Origin: Takakia lepidozioides
Taxonomy: Eukaryota > Plantae > Bryophyta
DNA length: 64,000 nt
Direction of reading: 5' to 3'
Assembly (NCBI GenBank): GCA_030704615.1
Contig: CM060733.1
Span: forward strand, 44,020,001-44,084,000
The stretch's first letter is position 1, and every line of letters begins with the position of its first letter. Positions 23,355 to 35,205 of this stretch are shown piece by piece. A program made the position numbers and the translations under genes. Below the pieces are notes generated by a model. It worked only from the letters and a program-made list of their open reading frames with translations. It was not told where the DNA came from and ran no database searches.

Positions 23355-26300
23355 ATGAGGACAGCAGATCCGGCAATGGAGGTTGTTCATGCACATGCAG
23401 TAGGGCCCACCCACGCAAAGAAGAAGAAGAAAGCTAAGCACATGCAATCCCCGGCGAGAGAGCCGTCACGGGCTGCGGAGGGGGGAGTGAGTAGTGCGCG
23501 CGAGGGTGTCAGTTCGCCTCAATCAAAGGTGGTCGTCCATCCGGGCTCCCCTGCTGCTAGCCCTAGTAAGAAACAGAAAGCCCGTGAGAGGGCAAAAGAG
23601 AGGGCAAAAGAACAGGCGAGACAGCAGGCTAGCCAGGAGGAAAGAGAAAAGGCCACTGAAGAGGCCAGGGGTGCCCAAATGACAGATGCCAATGTAAGTG
23701 AGGGACGCACAGAGACGGTGGATCCCTCCAAGACACCACAAAGAGGCAGTCACACACTGGTTAGACCATCGCGGGCAAGAGCAGCCCCTGCAATTACCCA
23801 TACGGTGGAGAGTGGAGGAGAGGAAAGAACACCAGAAAGAGCACGGATTGTGCAAGTTCGAGGTGAAGCCGGGGAGAGGGCAGTAGAGACGGGGAGAGTG
23901 CTCGAGGTGGTTTCGCCGGTGGCTGACCATGTTGAGGAGGACAACAGGGAGCTTTCTGACCAGGATGACATCCTCCCGGACATCCCCAGGCCCCAAACCC
24001 GCAGCATACAGGCTGGATTTGGCGGTCCTGGTGGGCTGCCGGAGAACCCCTCTGCAGCAGACGTCATGTCAGAGGCGGATATGAAGTTGGCCGCTGCCAA
24101 GATGTTGGAGGCAACCCACAACAACATTGGCAGGGTGCTGGGGGGCATGGTGTACCCGGCCAAGCTTCGGATTCCCCTTTGCCGCTTGGTGTCATTGCAG
24201 GTGGTGAGACCTGCCCTCCCAGGCGATATCGACAAGCTGAAATTCTCTTTCCGGGATGGATATCGAATGGGGTCTGCCGCGTTTTACGTTTCCATTGAGA
24301 ACGACCACGAGCGACCCGTGCCCACACTTCCGATGAGGTGGACAAATGGGGTCCCCATTGGCAAAGGCGAAATGAGGAGTTCAAGAGAACGATTGCTACT
24401 GATCGTCTTTTCCAGCACTTGTCCAGTAAGATGTTTTACGTGTGGGACGGCAATCATCGCCTCCTGGCATGGATGGAGCACATAGCCGAAGCCCACCCCA
24501 ACGACCTCGATTGGCATTTCGCCGTGGAGTGTGTTGTGCTGAAGGTTGCGGGGCCCAAAGATCGCAGTCTTCTCAAAGCTGCAATGGCGGACATCAACTC
24601 GTAAGTTACAACGCCTCTTGCTTTTGGACCCATCCGATTGTAAGTAATTTCATTGCGAATCCTCATATTTGTTGTAAATTCCCATTTCAGAATTGTTTGA
24701 TGGAAATGTGGCATTGCAGGGTGACTGAGAATGCCTTCATTGCCACCAACTTGTCCCACATGCTCTTCCGAGTGAAGGATGTCGGGAAGCAGGGGGTGCA
24801 AGAGTTTGCCAATTCGTTCAGTGCCGACCTCTTGCGCAAGTCAGAGGCAAAGGCAGACAAAACCTGGTATAGGCTGAGCATGGACGCCATGGTGGACTAC
24901 ATATTTCGGGTAAAGCTCCTGACTGTTTTGTTGAGCTAATCTGTCTCTCCTCCCCCAATAGAAGAAAAGTGTTGAGTAGGATCTCTAATCTTATGTGCGC
25001 ATTCTTGACAGACGAAAATTCAGCAGGATTTGGCACATGCGCGGAGGTTCTACATGGAGTCAGAGGAGAAGAATCTAACCCTCCCGGCACTCGAATCGTA
25101 TCTCAAAGCTGCGGAGGTGAGGGCCCGCATAAAGTACAAGTCGCGGATGGTAAAGTACGTGGCCATAGCTGATCCCGCCCTTGGTGCCGACTTTCTGGTG
25201 GAGGTGGGGAAGCACTACTCCTGCGCTCTGAAGCCCACGATGACATTGGAGAAGCTCCATTGTCTAGCCACATCCTGTGTGGATGGTGCAGAAAAGGTGA
25301 TACATTCTTAACCAAATTGTGGTGGCAACAACTCGTTTTTGTGGTGTTTGGCGCTTACGAATATGCTGGGTGGTTGGACAGACCTAGTGGCTCCAAATCT
25401 GGAATGGTTCCCAAAGTACAAGGGACATGTGGAGCTTCCCCAAACCGGACAAACTGTCTGACCCCACATTCGACATGTGGATGAACCGCATGACATGGCG
25501 GTTTCAGGTACTTCCCCACGCTTCGTTTGGCGCTTCTACTCTTGTAGGGGGTGGATTCATTGTATTTTTTCAGCAATGCGATCTGATGGAGAATCTCCAC
25601 AGGTGACGACGAATGCGCAAGAACAGCTGGACACACAAGCACATCAGTTCAAGATGGAGATTTCTCCTGCAGCAGAGAGCCTACGCGACTATGTGACGAG
25701 GTACTTTCTGCTCTACAAAACCGACCTATTCTTTCGGGAGATACCACATGCCCGCCGGAGCCACGAGTTCACCGACCAGCCAAACGCGGACAAAGCAGCA
25801 ATGCGCCTTCTGTACAAGTACATACGCGATGCCTTCCTTTCAGTCCTTGCATTTTTTCGCCGAATTTCCAGATCAGGGCTCCGAAAATGGCTAAGTCCCT
25901 AGGGTGGCTGGCCCTGAACTGGAAATTCGGCGCCATTTTTCCAGTTCCGGGCCTATTGCCATTCTGGGACTTAGCCATTTTCGGGCCGGACCTGGGAAAA
26001 TGGCGCCGAATTTCCAGTCAGGGCTCCGAAAATGGCTAAGTCCCTAGGGTGGCTGGCCCTGAACTGGAAATTCGGCGCCATTTTTCCAGTTCTGGGCCCT
26101 ATTGCCGTTCAGGGACATAGCCATTTTCGGGCCGGACCTGGGAAAATGGCGCCGAATTTCCAGTCAGGGCTCCGAAAATGGCTAAGTCCCTAGGGTGGCT
26201 GGCCCTGAACTGGAAATTCGGCGCCATTTTTCCAGTTCTAGGCCCTATTGCCGTTCTGGGACTTAGCCATCTTCGGGCCAAACCGGGAAAAATGGCGCCG

Positions 26301-27294
26301 AATTTCCAATTCAGGGCTCCCAAGATGGCTAAGTCCCTAGGGTGGCAATCACCGAAAACCGAAATTCGGCGCCATTTTTCCATTTCTAGGCCTACTCAGA
26401 TCCGCCCCAACCTGGGAAAATGGTGCCGAATTTGCAGTTCAGGGACCTCATTGTGTTTTTCATGAATGCAGGTACTGCAAGTTCTCCCTTTGGGAGAAAG
26501 GTCATTTGTCTTTCGAGCCACCATTCTTCCTGGCATGGAGGAACCCTGGGGCTGACTCCATGTACACTGACGATATTGTGAAGGAGTGGCATCTAGAACA
26601 TTTGCGTGATTGCCCTTGGTATGTGGACCTTCCGCCCGGCTCGCTCGACCCATCCGAGTTTCAATTGAAGCTGGATGCTGAGGCCCGACGAAACCGGGCT
26701 CCGCTGCCTTCGCTGGGTGCAAAAGAGGCAAAAGCGCTTGCGAACTCCAGGAAAGCGGCAAAGCTTGCTCAGGCAGGAATTCAGGAGAAATTGAATGAGA
26801 AGAGTAAAGGCCAAAGGAAAAGGACAAGGAAACAGGTGAGTGCGGTAACACCCAAAAAACAGAAAACCATCGGGGCATCGGAGGAGGCGCAGGAGGGGAC
26901 CCAAGAGAGTGACTCGGACGACGACTTTGTTCAAGGTCCTGCGACTGCTATTGCTGCTACCCTGTCACCGATCGTTCGGGTTCCCAAGTCAGTTCAGAGT
27001 GGGACTGGCTCTGCCAAGAAGTTGGCATTTGAGAGCGAGCCTACACGGCAGTATTCGGCGGTGACGTTTACGCACAGGCCAAAGCTAGAACCTCCAACCA
27101 TCATCCAATGCGTCAATGAGAGCTTCCTTGACGCTCTCGCTGCCAGGGCAAAGAAGATGGCACACAACAAGTCTCTGGCGGAGCAGAAGGGGAAAGCCAA
27201 GAAGAGGGCTGCTGGTACAGAGCCTAAAGACACCCCTGGTTTTGAAGCCATGATGGAATTCTTCACGGCTGTGAGCACAGATTGCAAGAGCACT

Positions 27295-27327
<33 letters not shown>

Positions 27328-28840
27328 GGAGAGAGCTTGCGACATGATTCTCCTCGACATTCCAGATGGGGAGCTGCTGGAGGGCCTGGATGGTGTGCCC
27401 ACCTGGAACAGGTTTACTGAGGACTACTGGAAAGCCGGGTTTGGGCTGGCGGGGATGCTTCTAGATGACGGTGGATGTGTGGTTGTCCTTGCCACAAGAG
27501 GGAGGACCACAGAGAATGCGGTGGCAAGGTAGACACCAAAAAGTGTCACCCCGTTCCTCCTCAGAAAATGGTTCTGCATCAATACACAGGGGTTGCGAAC
27601 AGAGGGCCAAAGTGTAAGTTATCAATCTATTGCATTCACCTCATATTGTGGTGTATCTAAACAAGATCCCGGAGTTGATCCCTCTTTTGTTGGATGTGCA
27701 GACATTGGTGTTTGAGGCATATTGCTTTGTGAAGAGAGGGTCTACGTTCAAATTCCGCAACGACGGTCGTCTTGTTGATGCCGCTGTGGACCCTGTTACC
27801 TACGATGTCCTCTACAACTATGTGCCCCACTCCAGTATGCCGAAGGACACAAAGACATGCAAACCGTGGCGGTACAGCCGGACCCGGAGCCCTGCTTTCA
27901 TCCAAACCCTCATGGAGACGTGCTCGGATGTCCAAGGGCGGATTCTAGACCTCACATGTGGCATGGGTAAGCCTTCACGTGCTCAGTTTGTCCCCTGGCC
28001 CGATTGCAATTGCATACCGCAAGCTATTAACCGCCCGCTTTGTTCCTCAGGTGCTTCAATGTGGGCAGGGACGTTGTCCGACAGGCATGTGTTTGCCTTC
28101 GAGCCACATACTGCCCTCCACAACTCGGAACTTGCAGCGGCTGAACGTCTGCTGAAAGAGGAAGAGGCATCCTCGAAGGATGAGGAAAAATCGAGAAGGA
28201 GCAGGGGGAGGAACAAGTTGGGATCGAGGCCGAGGAGCCCCCGGTGTACGAGTGAGTGGTCGCATTGTAAATTGCCTCCAGATTTCGTGAGGCATCTCCC
28301 TTCGCTCTCTTATTTCATTGAAAACCCTTTCTGCTTCTGCTGGTATTGACATTCTTGAAGTGGATTTGTTCTTACTGTAGGATGCGAAGTACGGCAGGAG
28401 GGACGTCTACACCGGAGTTCATGGGCAGGAGGAACGTGCCTTTTTTTGCCAGGGGGGATTTCATGCCTAGTCCAGAAAGGGACTACATCCTTCCTACTTA
28501 TGCTGCCCGGCTTGCTTCGGTGTCCATTAGGAGGTGTTCCGAACCTAGTCGTGTACAACAGATTTTAGACGAGGCAAGCCTCAAGAAAATGAAGATGAGG
28601 GAGGAGGCAGCAGCTATTAGAGCCCGTCGGGCTCGTAGATTTGTCTTGGATTCTGCTGAGCAAAGTGGGGGAGAAGAGGCAGAAGATTCCCAGGAGGTGA
28701 GGTGGACAGTCCCCCAAGGAGAGGACGGCATTTTTGAGAGGCATACTGCAACCGATGCATCACAGAGCTCGGAGGATGGGGGGGATGAGGGGGATGAGGA
28801 AGAAGGAGGGCCAAGTTCCTCGGAAGGTGTAGGAGAGTAG
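23355..28840 (+). pseudogene. Cargo gene copy 2 (best preserved): ParB/Srx-like domain, helical middle region, beta-class DNA amino-methyltransferase-like domain; multi-exon, at least two frameshifts
   Basis: DGNHR at 24446-24460; DMILLDIPDG at 27341-27370; RILDLTCGM|GASMWAG...RHVFAFE. GT-AG introns include 24601-24719, 24910-25011, 25818-26471 and 27967-28050. Frameshifts near 24315 and at poly-G 27296-27326. Confidence 0.82.
25855..26440. repeat. Intronic ~146-bp fold-back repeat with two oppositely oriented GGAAATTCGGCGCC cores per unit
   Basis: Units start at 25874, 26019, 26165 and 26312. Internal inverted pair CCGAAAATGGCTAAGTCCC / GGGACTTAGCCATTTTCGG. Confidence 0.92.
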
Positions 28841-28989
28841 TTCCCATTCCTGCTATGACAGTTAGGACACACTTGTATAGACGTGGCTTGCCACCAAATT
28901 TGCAATAAAATGTTGCATTTCATTGCTATGACGAGTCCACATGACCCTATTTCCGTGCCTCCTAACCCTATTTCCGTGGACAGACAATG

Positions 28990-29050
28990 GCCCGCTCATG
29001 CTTTTTTTTTTCCCGCTCATGCTCATGCCGCTCATGAAATAGCAGCCCCC
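28990..29050. repeat. MULE right TIR
   Basis: GCTCATG repeats end in GCTCATGAAATAGCAGCCCCC, near the reverse complement of the 13614 terminus. Confidence 0.85.
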
Positions 29051-29640
29051 GAAATGGGACTTCATAAGGAATGGGTTCGCAGGCAGTCAGTGAGTGATGA
29101 AGGGGGTATCTCCACTGAAGTCCCTGTTCTTGATTTGGAGCATGCAGAACAGATTGCTACACAGGCCGCTGACGCTGTAGCCCAAGTGGTCCCTGCCGTT
29201 GTGGGTGTACCAAAACGCAAATCACGAAAAAGAAAAGGTGTGGATGTCAATGCAAGTGTGGCCCCCAATGCAGGTGTGGCTTCTATTGCTGGTCCTATTG
29301 GTAATTCTTCACATCCTTCAAATCAGTTGGTTGTAGTGCCTGCACCTACTACTCGAGGAAACAAGCCAAAGGCAGGCGAACATCCTTACAGTGCAGTGTC
29401 ATTTTCTGGTGGTGCACCTAGCATGTATCGCATGAAGATCATGCCTACTCATTTCATTGATATGGTGGAGGCCTCAAGTACATCTCCTGATGCGACCTTG
29501 AAAGAACTCATGGAGTTCTTCAAAAATGTGAGTTTCCCCCAACAAACAAACTTGAATGTAAGGAATTCTTCGATGTTTTTATATCCTCATCATCCGGCTA
29601 TTGACTCCTACATTTTTTGTATGTTGTTTGCAGTTGCCAG
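29051..29640 (+). pseudogene. Fragment of a further divergent cargo-gene copy (region preceding the MTase domain)
   Basis: HPYSAVSF...LKELMEFFKNV aligns with PYHAVEH...IVEFLGTV (copy 1) and QYSAVTF...MMEFFTAV (copy 2). Confidence 0.6.
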
Positions 29641-31789
29641 GAAAGGAGGAAGCTACTGCAGCCCGCACACACCCTCGACCTTCTAGCATGGGTCCTCCTG
29701 TCGGGCCTAACCTTGTGCGCTTCAAGGACGTGCTTTGGAAAGGTAAAGGTTTCAAGTCGAAAGCAGCAGAGAAAGAGGCAATTTGACGATGAAGATGATG
29801 GAGAGTCGCCAACATGGGTCGTCCCCTTCTCCAAAAAATTAAAGAGCATGAAGCATCAGGCGGTTGTTGAGGAATATACTACCCCATCGGATCAGTCCCC
29901 TTCCCCTACGAAGAGCAGACGGGGCGGTGGAGAATCGGACGAGAACGGAGGAGTCCCCTTCCCTTGCAAAGAATAAGAAGCAGAAGGGGGCGAAAGCAAG
30001 GGCAGAGCAGTCTCCAGCAAAACCCCTCCACATGTTGAAGCTCAGTTCTTGCAGGAGTTTTAGAAGGAAACCGGGGGCAACTCTGCAGAAGCTCGGACAG
30101 CTGCTCCGACGATGATCTCTAGCACTCCTGTCCTGGTCGATCTTTCAGCGGATGAAGGTGTTGGTTCTTAACATGGGGAGCTCGACTTCTCCTACCTAGA
30201 ATAGGACTTTCGTGATAATAGGGGAGGTATGGACGACTACATTCTCCCACATGATCTGCCCGGCTACATTCCCAAGAATACAGGCACGGCTCTGGGTGGT
30301 CCATCTGAACAGCCCCTTCCCCCACCCCAAAATGTCGTCCAAGAGGATTTTCAGAGTGCAGAGAATCAAATGTTGGAGGAGACTCACAGCAGCATTGGCA
30401 GAGTTCTTAGGACCAAGGTCTTCCCTTGCACACTGCGAATTCCACTCTGTCGAATGGTCTCCCTCCTGATAGTGAGGCTTGCTCTCGCAAGGGATGTGGA
30501 TAAGATGAAGTTCGCATTCCAAGAAGGCTATTGGCTGGGTCTGCCGCCTTCTATGTTTCCATTGAGAATGAGGAAGGTGGATCGCATGCCCGACAACAGA
30601 AGAGTTACAGCCTAGGGTCCCCACTACCACACTCGCAACACGGAATTCAAAAAAATGCTGAAGGATGATGGCGGTGTTTGGTGGCCAGCCAAAATCCCCT
30701 CTAACCCCTCTTACTATGAAAGCTGTGAAAACTGGCTCAGCAAAGAAGACACTCTTCAACCTCCCGGGGGGGCACCCGTGCGAGCTAGTGGAAATGAAGG
30801 GCAGGAGCCAAAGTTGGAGCCAAAAAAGTGATTCAGTGTGCGAATGAGAGTTTTTTGAGGGCATTGGATGGCCGGCCGGCCGCCAAGTTAGCACACACAT
30901 CAAGCAAATGGAAGGCCTGAAAGCCAAAGCTCTAAGGAAGCGACTGCAGAAGAGCCTGTAGACACTCCAAGATTGTAGCCACGATGGATTTCTTTGCAAT
31001 GACAAGTGAGGGAAGAATTGCATGAGGCGTGGAAAAACGGACCGACTGTCATTGATTTGATCATCTTGGATATTCCCAGATGGAGAGCCTCTGGAGGACT
31101 GGATATTGTGCCCTCTTGGAGCAAGTATTTCTGAGGACTTTTGGAAAGAAAGGGTTTGGGCTAGCCTGCATGGTATTGGATGACAAAGGTTGTGTGGTGG
31201 TCATTGCCAGCAAAGGCAAAAACACAGAGGCGGGATTGCCAAGTGGACCCGTAAGAGTGGCGTCCCAATTCTGAAGAAGATGTGGACCTGCATCAACTCA
31301 ATGGGCCTGGAATGCGGTGCCAAATTTTGCTTATGAATGGGGTCCATTGGATTTCGGCGGCACGGCATCCTTGCAAAGGAATTGCGGACGATGCTACACG
31401 AACAGTATTTCAGCACTCAGGAGACTATGTATGGAGATGAGAATGAGTTTGCAGACATTGCCCTTCATTGCTTATAATCCACAAGATATTTGATTTCCCC
31501 CCTTACAGGGACTTGCACGGATGAAGATTGCGGCTCTATGAATGGAGCCGTTTTCAGTTTCCATCTGTGCCATGGAAACCATGCGCCGCTTTTCTCATCG
31601 GACTGTACGTACCCAGTGGAAATAAGGTGCCGCAATTGCTTTCACGGATCCTATGACCGCGGATAAGTACCCTATTCCCTGTGGACAATCATTTCTGAAA
31701 AATTACTGGCTCATGATTTTTTCGGCAGTTACGAGTCTGCTCATGGCTCATGCCGCTCATGGCTCATGGCTCATGAAATAGCAGCCCCC
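29640..31789 (+). mobile_element. Degenerate MULE right arm: deleted ParB-MTase-like gene plus TIR
   Basis: LRIPLCRMVSLLIVRLAL at ~30430; IDLIILDIP(fs)DGE at 31051-31087; VLDDKGCVVVIA; TIR ...GCTCATGAAATAGCAGCCCCC ends at 31789. Confidence 0.75.
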
Positions 31790-33160
31790 TCTCGGGGGTA
31801 GAGGCCGACACCTGCCCGCCAGAGAACGACCCCCGGATGGAATTCGGTGCCAAATTTCCATCCAGGCCCGTAGGATGAAGTCGTCCGGGGTGGTGAGGCC
31901 CGACACATGGCCGCGAGAGAATATCCCCCGGTGGAAAAAACGGCGACGAATTTCCATCCGAGGCCCGTTCGATGAAGTCGTCTCGGGGGGAGAGGCCGAC
32001 ACCTAGCCGACTGAGATCATCCCCCGGATGGAAATTCGGCGCCGTTTTTCCATCCAGGGCCCGTTAGATGAAGTCATCTCGGGAGGGGGCCGACACCTGG
32101 CCGACTGAGATCATCCCCCCGGATGGATGAAATTCGGCGCCGTTTTTCCATCCGAGCCGGCCCGATGAAGTCGTCCTCGGGGGTAGAGGCCGAAACCTGG
32201 CCGACTGATATCATCCCCCGGATGGAATTCGGCGCGTTTTCCCATCCGAGCTGGCCGGATGAAGTCGTCTCGGGGGTAGAGGCCGACACCTGGCCGACTG
32301 AGACCTCCACCGGATGGAAATTCGGCGCCGTTTTTTCCATCCGAGCCGCCGCCCATGTCTTCAAGCATCATTGACTCCCGAAGGATATTGTCTCAGACCG
32401 CGATCCAAAGTGACAAGTAAATTTTGGAGGGCCTTTGGAAGAAAATGGGGACGAGGCTCAAGATGAGCACCGCCGGATGTCGTCCTCGTGGGGAGAGGCC
32501 GACACCTAGCCGACAGAGAACATCCCCCGGATGGAAATTCGGAGCCGAATTTCCATCCGAGGCCCGTTGGATGAAGTCGTCTCGGGGGGGGGAGAGGCCG
32601 ACACGTGGCCGCCAGAGAACATCCCCGGATGGATAAACGGCGCCAAATTTCCATCCGAGGGCCGTTGGTTGAAGTCGTCTCGGGGGGAGAGGCCGACACC
32701 TGGCCGACAGAGAACATCCCCCGGATGGAAATTCGGCGCCGAATTTCCATCCGAGGCCCGTTGGATGGAAGATGTCTCGGGGGGAGAGGGCCGACACATG
32801 GCTGCCAGAGAGAACATTCCCCCGATGGAAAAACGGCGCCAAATTTCCATCGGAGGCCCGTTGGATGAAGTCGCTCGGGGGAGAGGCTAAACACCTGGCC
32901 GACTGAGATCATCCCCCGGATGGAAATTCGGCGCCGTTTTTCCATCCGAGCCGGCGGGATGAAGTCGTCTCGGGGGTAGAGGCCGACACCTGGCCGACTG
33001 AGGATCTCCACCCCCGGATGGAAATTCGGCGCCGTTTTTCCATCCGAGCCGGCCGGCCGGATGAAGCGTCTCGGGGGTAGAGGCCGACACCTGGCCGACT
33101 GAGATCGTCCCCCGGATGGAAATTCGGCGCCGAATTTCCATCGGAGGCCCGTTGAATGAA
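31790..33160. repeat. Palindrome array A (~96-bp unit) with CGGATGGAAATTCGGCGCCGAATTTCCATCCG core
   Basis: About 13 units with linker GATGAAGTCGTCTCGGGGGTAGAGGCCGACACCTGGCCGAC. Related units are at 13440-13604. Confidence 0.92.
32350..32474 (+). other. ~125-bp Gypsy integrase fragment embedded in array A
   Basis: Reads VFKHH.LPKDIVSDRDPK..KFWRA.WKKMGTRLKMSTA; homologous to the reverse complement of ~39130-39255. Confidence 0.8.
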
Positions 33161-33344
33161 GCCCATATCGGCACTTCTTCAACATTTAGTCGTTGCATCA
33201 AGTTTTTCGCGTTTTTTTGTCTGGTTACACACTAAACTTGGAGTTTTTTGCCTACAGGCCACATTTGGCACATTATTCCCCACCATTCTGGTCCGCTAAG
33301 ACAAATTCGTTGCCGGTTTTTCCATCGATGAGGTGGACCAAATT

Positions 33345-33965
33345 TCCTGCAGGATGGAAATTCGGCGCCGGTTTCCCATCCGGCTCCTCTCCGTGTTATC
33401 TGTGGGTGAAATTCGGCGCGGATTTCCATCCGGCCGCGCTCCGAATTACCTCTGGGATGGAAATTCGGGCCGTTTTTTCCATCCGGCCGCGCTCCGAATT
33501 TTCCTGCGGATGGAAAATTGGGCCGGATTTCCATCCGGCTCCTGCGCTCCGAATTACCTGCAGGATGGAAATTCGGCGCCGGTTTTTCCATCCGGCAGCG
33601 CTCCGAATTGACTGGCGGATGGAAATTTGGCGCCGGATTTCCATCCGGCCGCGCTCCGAATTACCTGCAGGATGGAAATTCTGCGCCGGTTTTCCATCCG
33701 GGCCGCGCTTCGATTGAACTTGGCGGATGGAAATTTGGCGCCGGATTTCCATCCGGCTGCGCTCCGAATTACCTCTGGATGGAAATTCGGCACCGGATTT
33801 CCATCCGGCCGCGCCCCGAATTACCTGCAGGATGGAAATGCAGCGCCGGTGTTTTCATCCGGCGTCTCCTGGATGAGAACGGCTCGGGCGGAGTGGAGGG
33901 ATGGCCTCGTTGCGTTATTCTTCATCCGCTGGATGGAAATTTGGCTCCGATTTTTTCCATCTAGC
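33345..33965. repeat. Palindrome array B, second copy (~50-55-bp units)
   Basis: Repeats of GCGCTCCGAATTACCTGCAGGATGGAAATTCGGCGCCGG, same type as 21262-22290. Confidence 0.9.
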
Positions 33966-35205
33966 CGGCGATTGGCGAAGTCTCAGGGGGGAGGGTGGGC
34001 GTCTGTGACCGACCTCCATACCTACGACATTTAATGGCACAGTTGGGCATTAAATGTCCTCCGCCGTCGGTTTTGAACCGGGGCTGGCGACACAGGGATT
34101 CCGTGTTTGCTTCCCGGATACGCCTTGGAAACCTGATGCTAAACTTGGATTAACTTCTATTCGAGGCATGTATGCACACATATTGCGGGATCTTTTTTCT
34201 TTTGTTGGGACTTATGCCGCGTGGAGAAGGGCATGGCTCTCCTGAGAGAAACCCCACATCCAGACCGCAGCGGAAGCTGAAGGCTTTGTACTACGGGCGA
34301 CATCCAACCTCTCGCATGGCCAAACTTAAGCTACAGTAGGAAATTCCATTGTCTTGCTCACAGCCCGCGCCAACTGAAGCCGAGCACTCTCAGGTTCCGG
34401 CCCTTCCTCTTTCTATTTTTTTGTTTTTTTTTTTTGTTGTTTTCGCATCTTCTTGCCTGCAGCCCTGGAAGCGCATGGTTGGCATCGCAAAAGCACGAGT
34501 TGTTGAGAAGAATGATCAAGGTCAGAGTGGTTAGAAAGGAGCCAGGTCGTTGCTGCATTCAGATTTGCAACAGGGTGCACAACTTGCTGTAGATAACAGG
34601 TTGCATCTCGGAATTAAGGAAATCCATGCTGAGCTGAGAAGATTGTCTAAGCAGATGAAGTGCCTTCAAAATATTTCACCCTAATTCCCGTCTCATGGAA
34701 TTCGTGTTCATGTTGATTTCTAACAGGTTACCGGGTTTAGTGAACCTAAAATAGTTTGCAATGCGTGTGCAAAGCGGGCAGCTCTGGGAGAAGGCTGCTT
34801 GTTGCATGTCATTCTTAGGCATTGCTTGGATTTGTTTTTCATTGTTGTTCCATGCCACTCCATACTTGGTTTTGTTTTTGTTTTCATTGTTGTTCCACGA
34901 TTGTTGCGATGGTGGTGTTGCTGCTCGTTGCGACGGTGGTTTTCATTCCGATGTTGGTTCTCACGAATTTTGGGGTTGACAGAGTGACGACGAGCCGACA
35001 CGCTGGTGGTATTATCGACAGCTCCAACTGCTCGAGCAGTGACTCCGAAAGCCGCACCTCATCGCATGTTTGGATCGCCCAACTTGGGCGGGAGGGGCAA
35101 ACTAAAACCTTTTGTTGGTGGACGGGAGGACCTGCAGCAAGCGAGAGTATGACAGAATAGGCATGGGGAGTTGGTGTAGGCGGCATGGCAGGTGAAGGGC
35201 GTCGG

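Larger units (their letters stand above)
12047..29050. mobile_element. Family-B large MULE (left end deleted): transposase (-), palindrome arrays, ParB-MTase-like gene (+), right TIR; hosts a solo LTR and a nested MULE
   Basis: After removing the TSD-flanked insert, 13440-13613 plus 21159-24790 is collinear with the sister copy at 31790-36673. It ends in TIR GCTCATGAAATAGCAGCCCCC at 29050. Confidence 0.8.

Noticed and set aside
23355-28840. Bacterial or phage contamination (parB/methylase locus or restriction-modification system)
   Set aside because: The gene has conserved spliceosomal introns, lies within MULE TIRs and is interrupted by plant CACTA and LTR elements; no parA or endonuclease is present.
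28883-29686. Single 267-aa gene
   Set aside because: Chimeric: it reads through the TIR at 29050 into a different element fragment and then into an intron.
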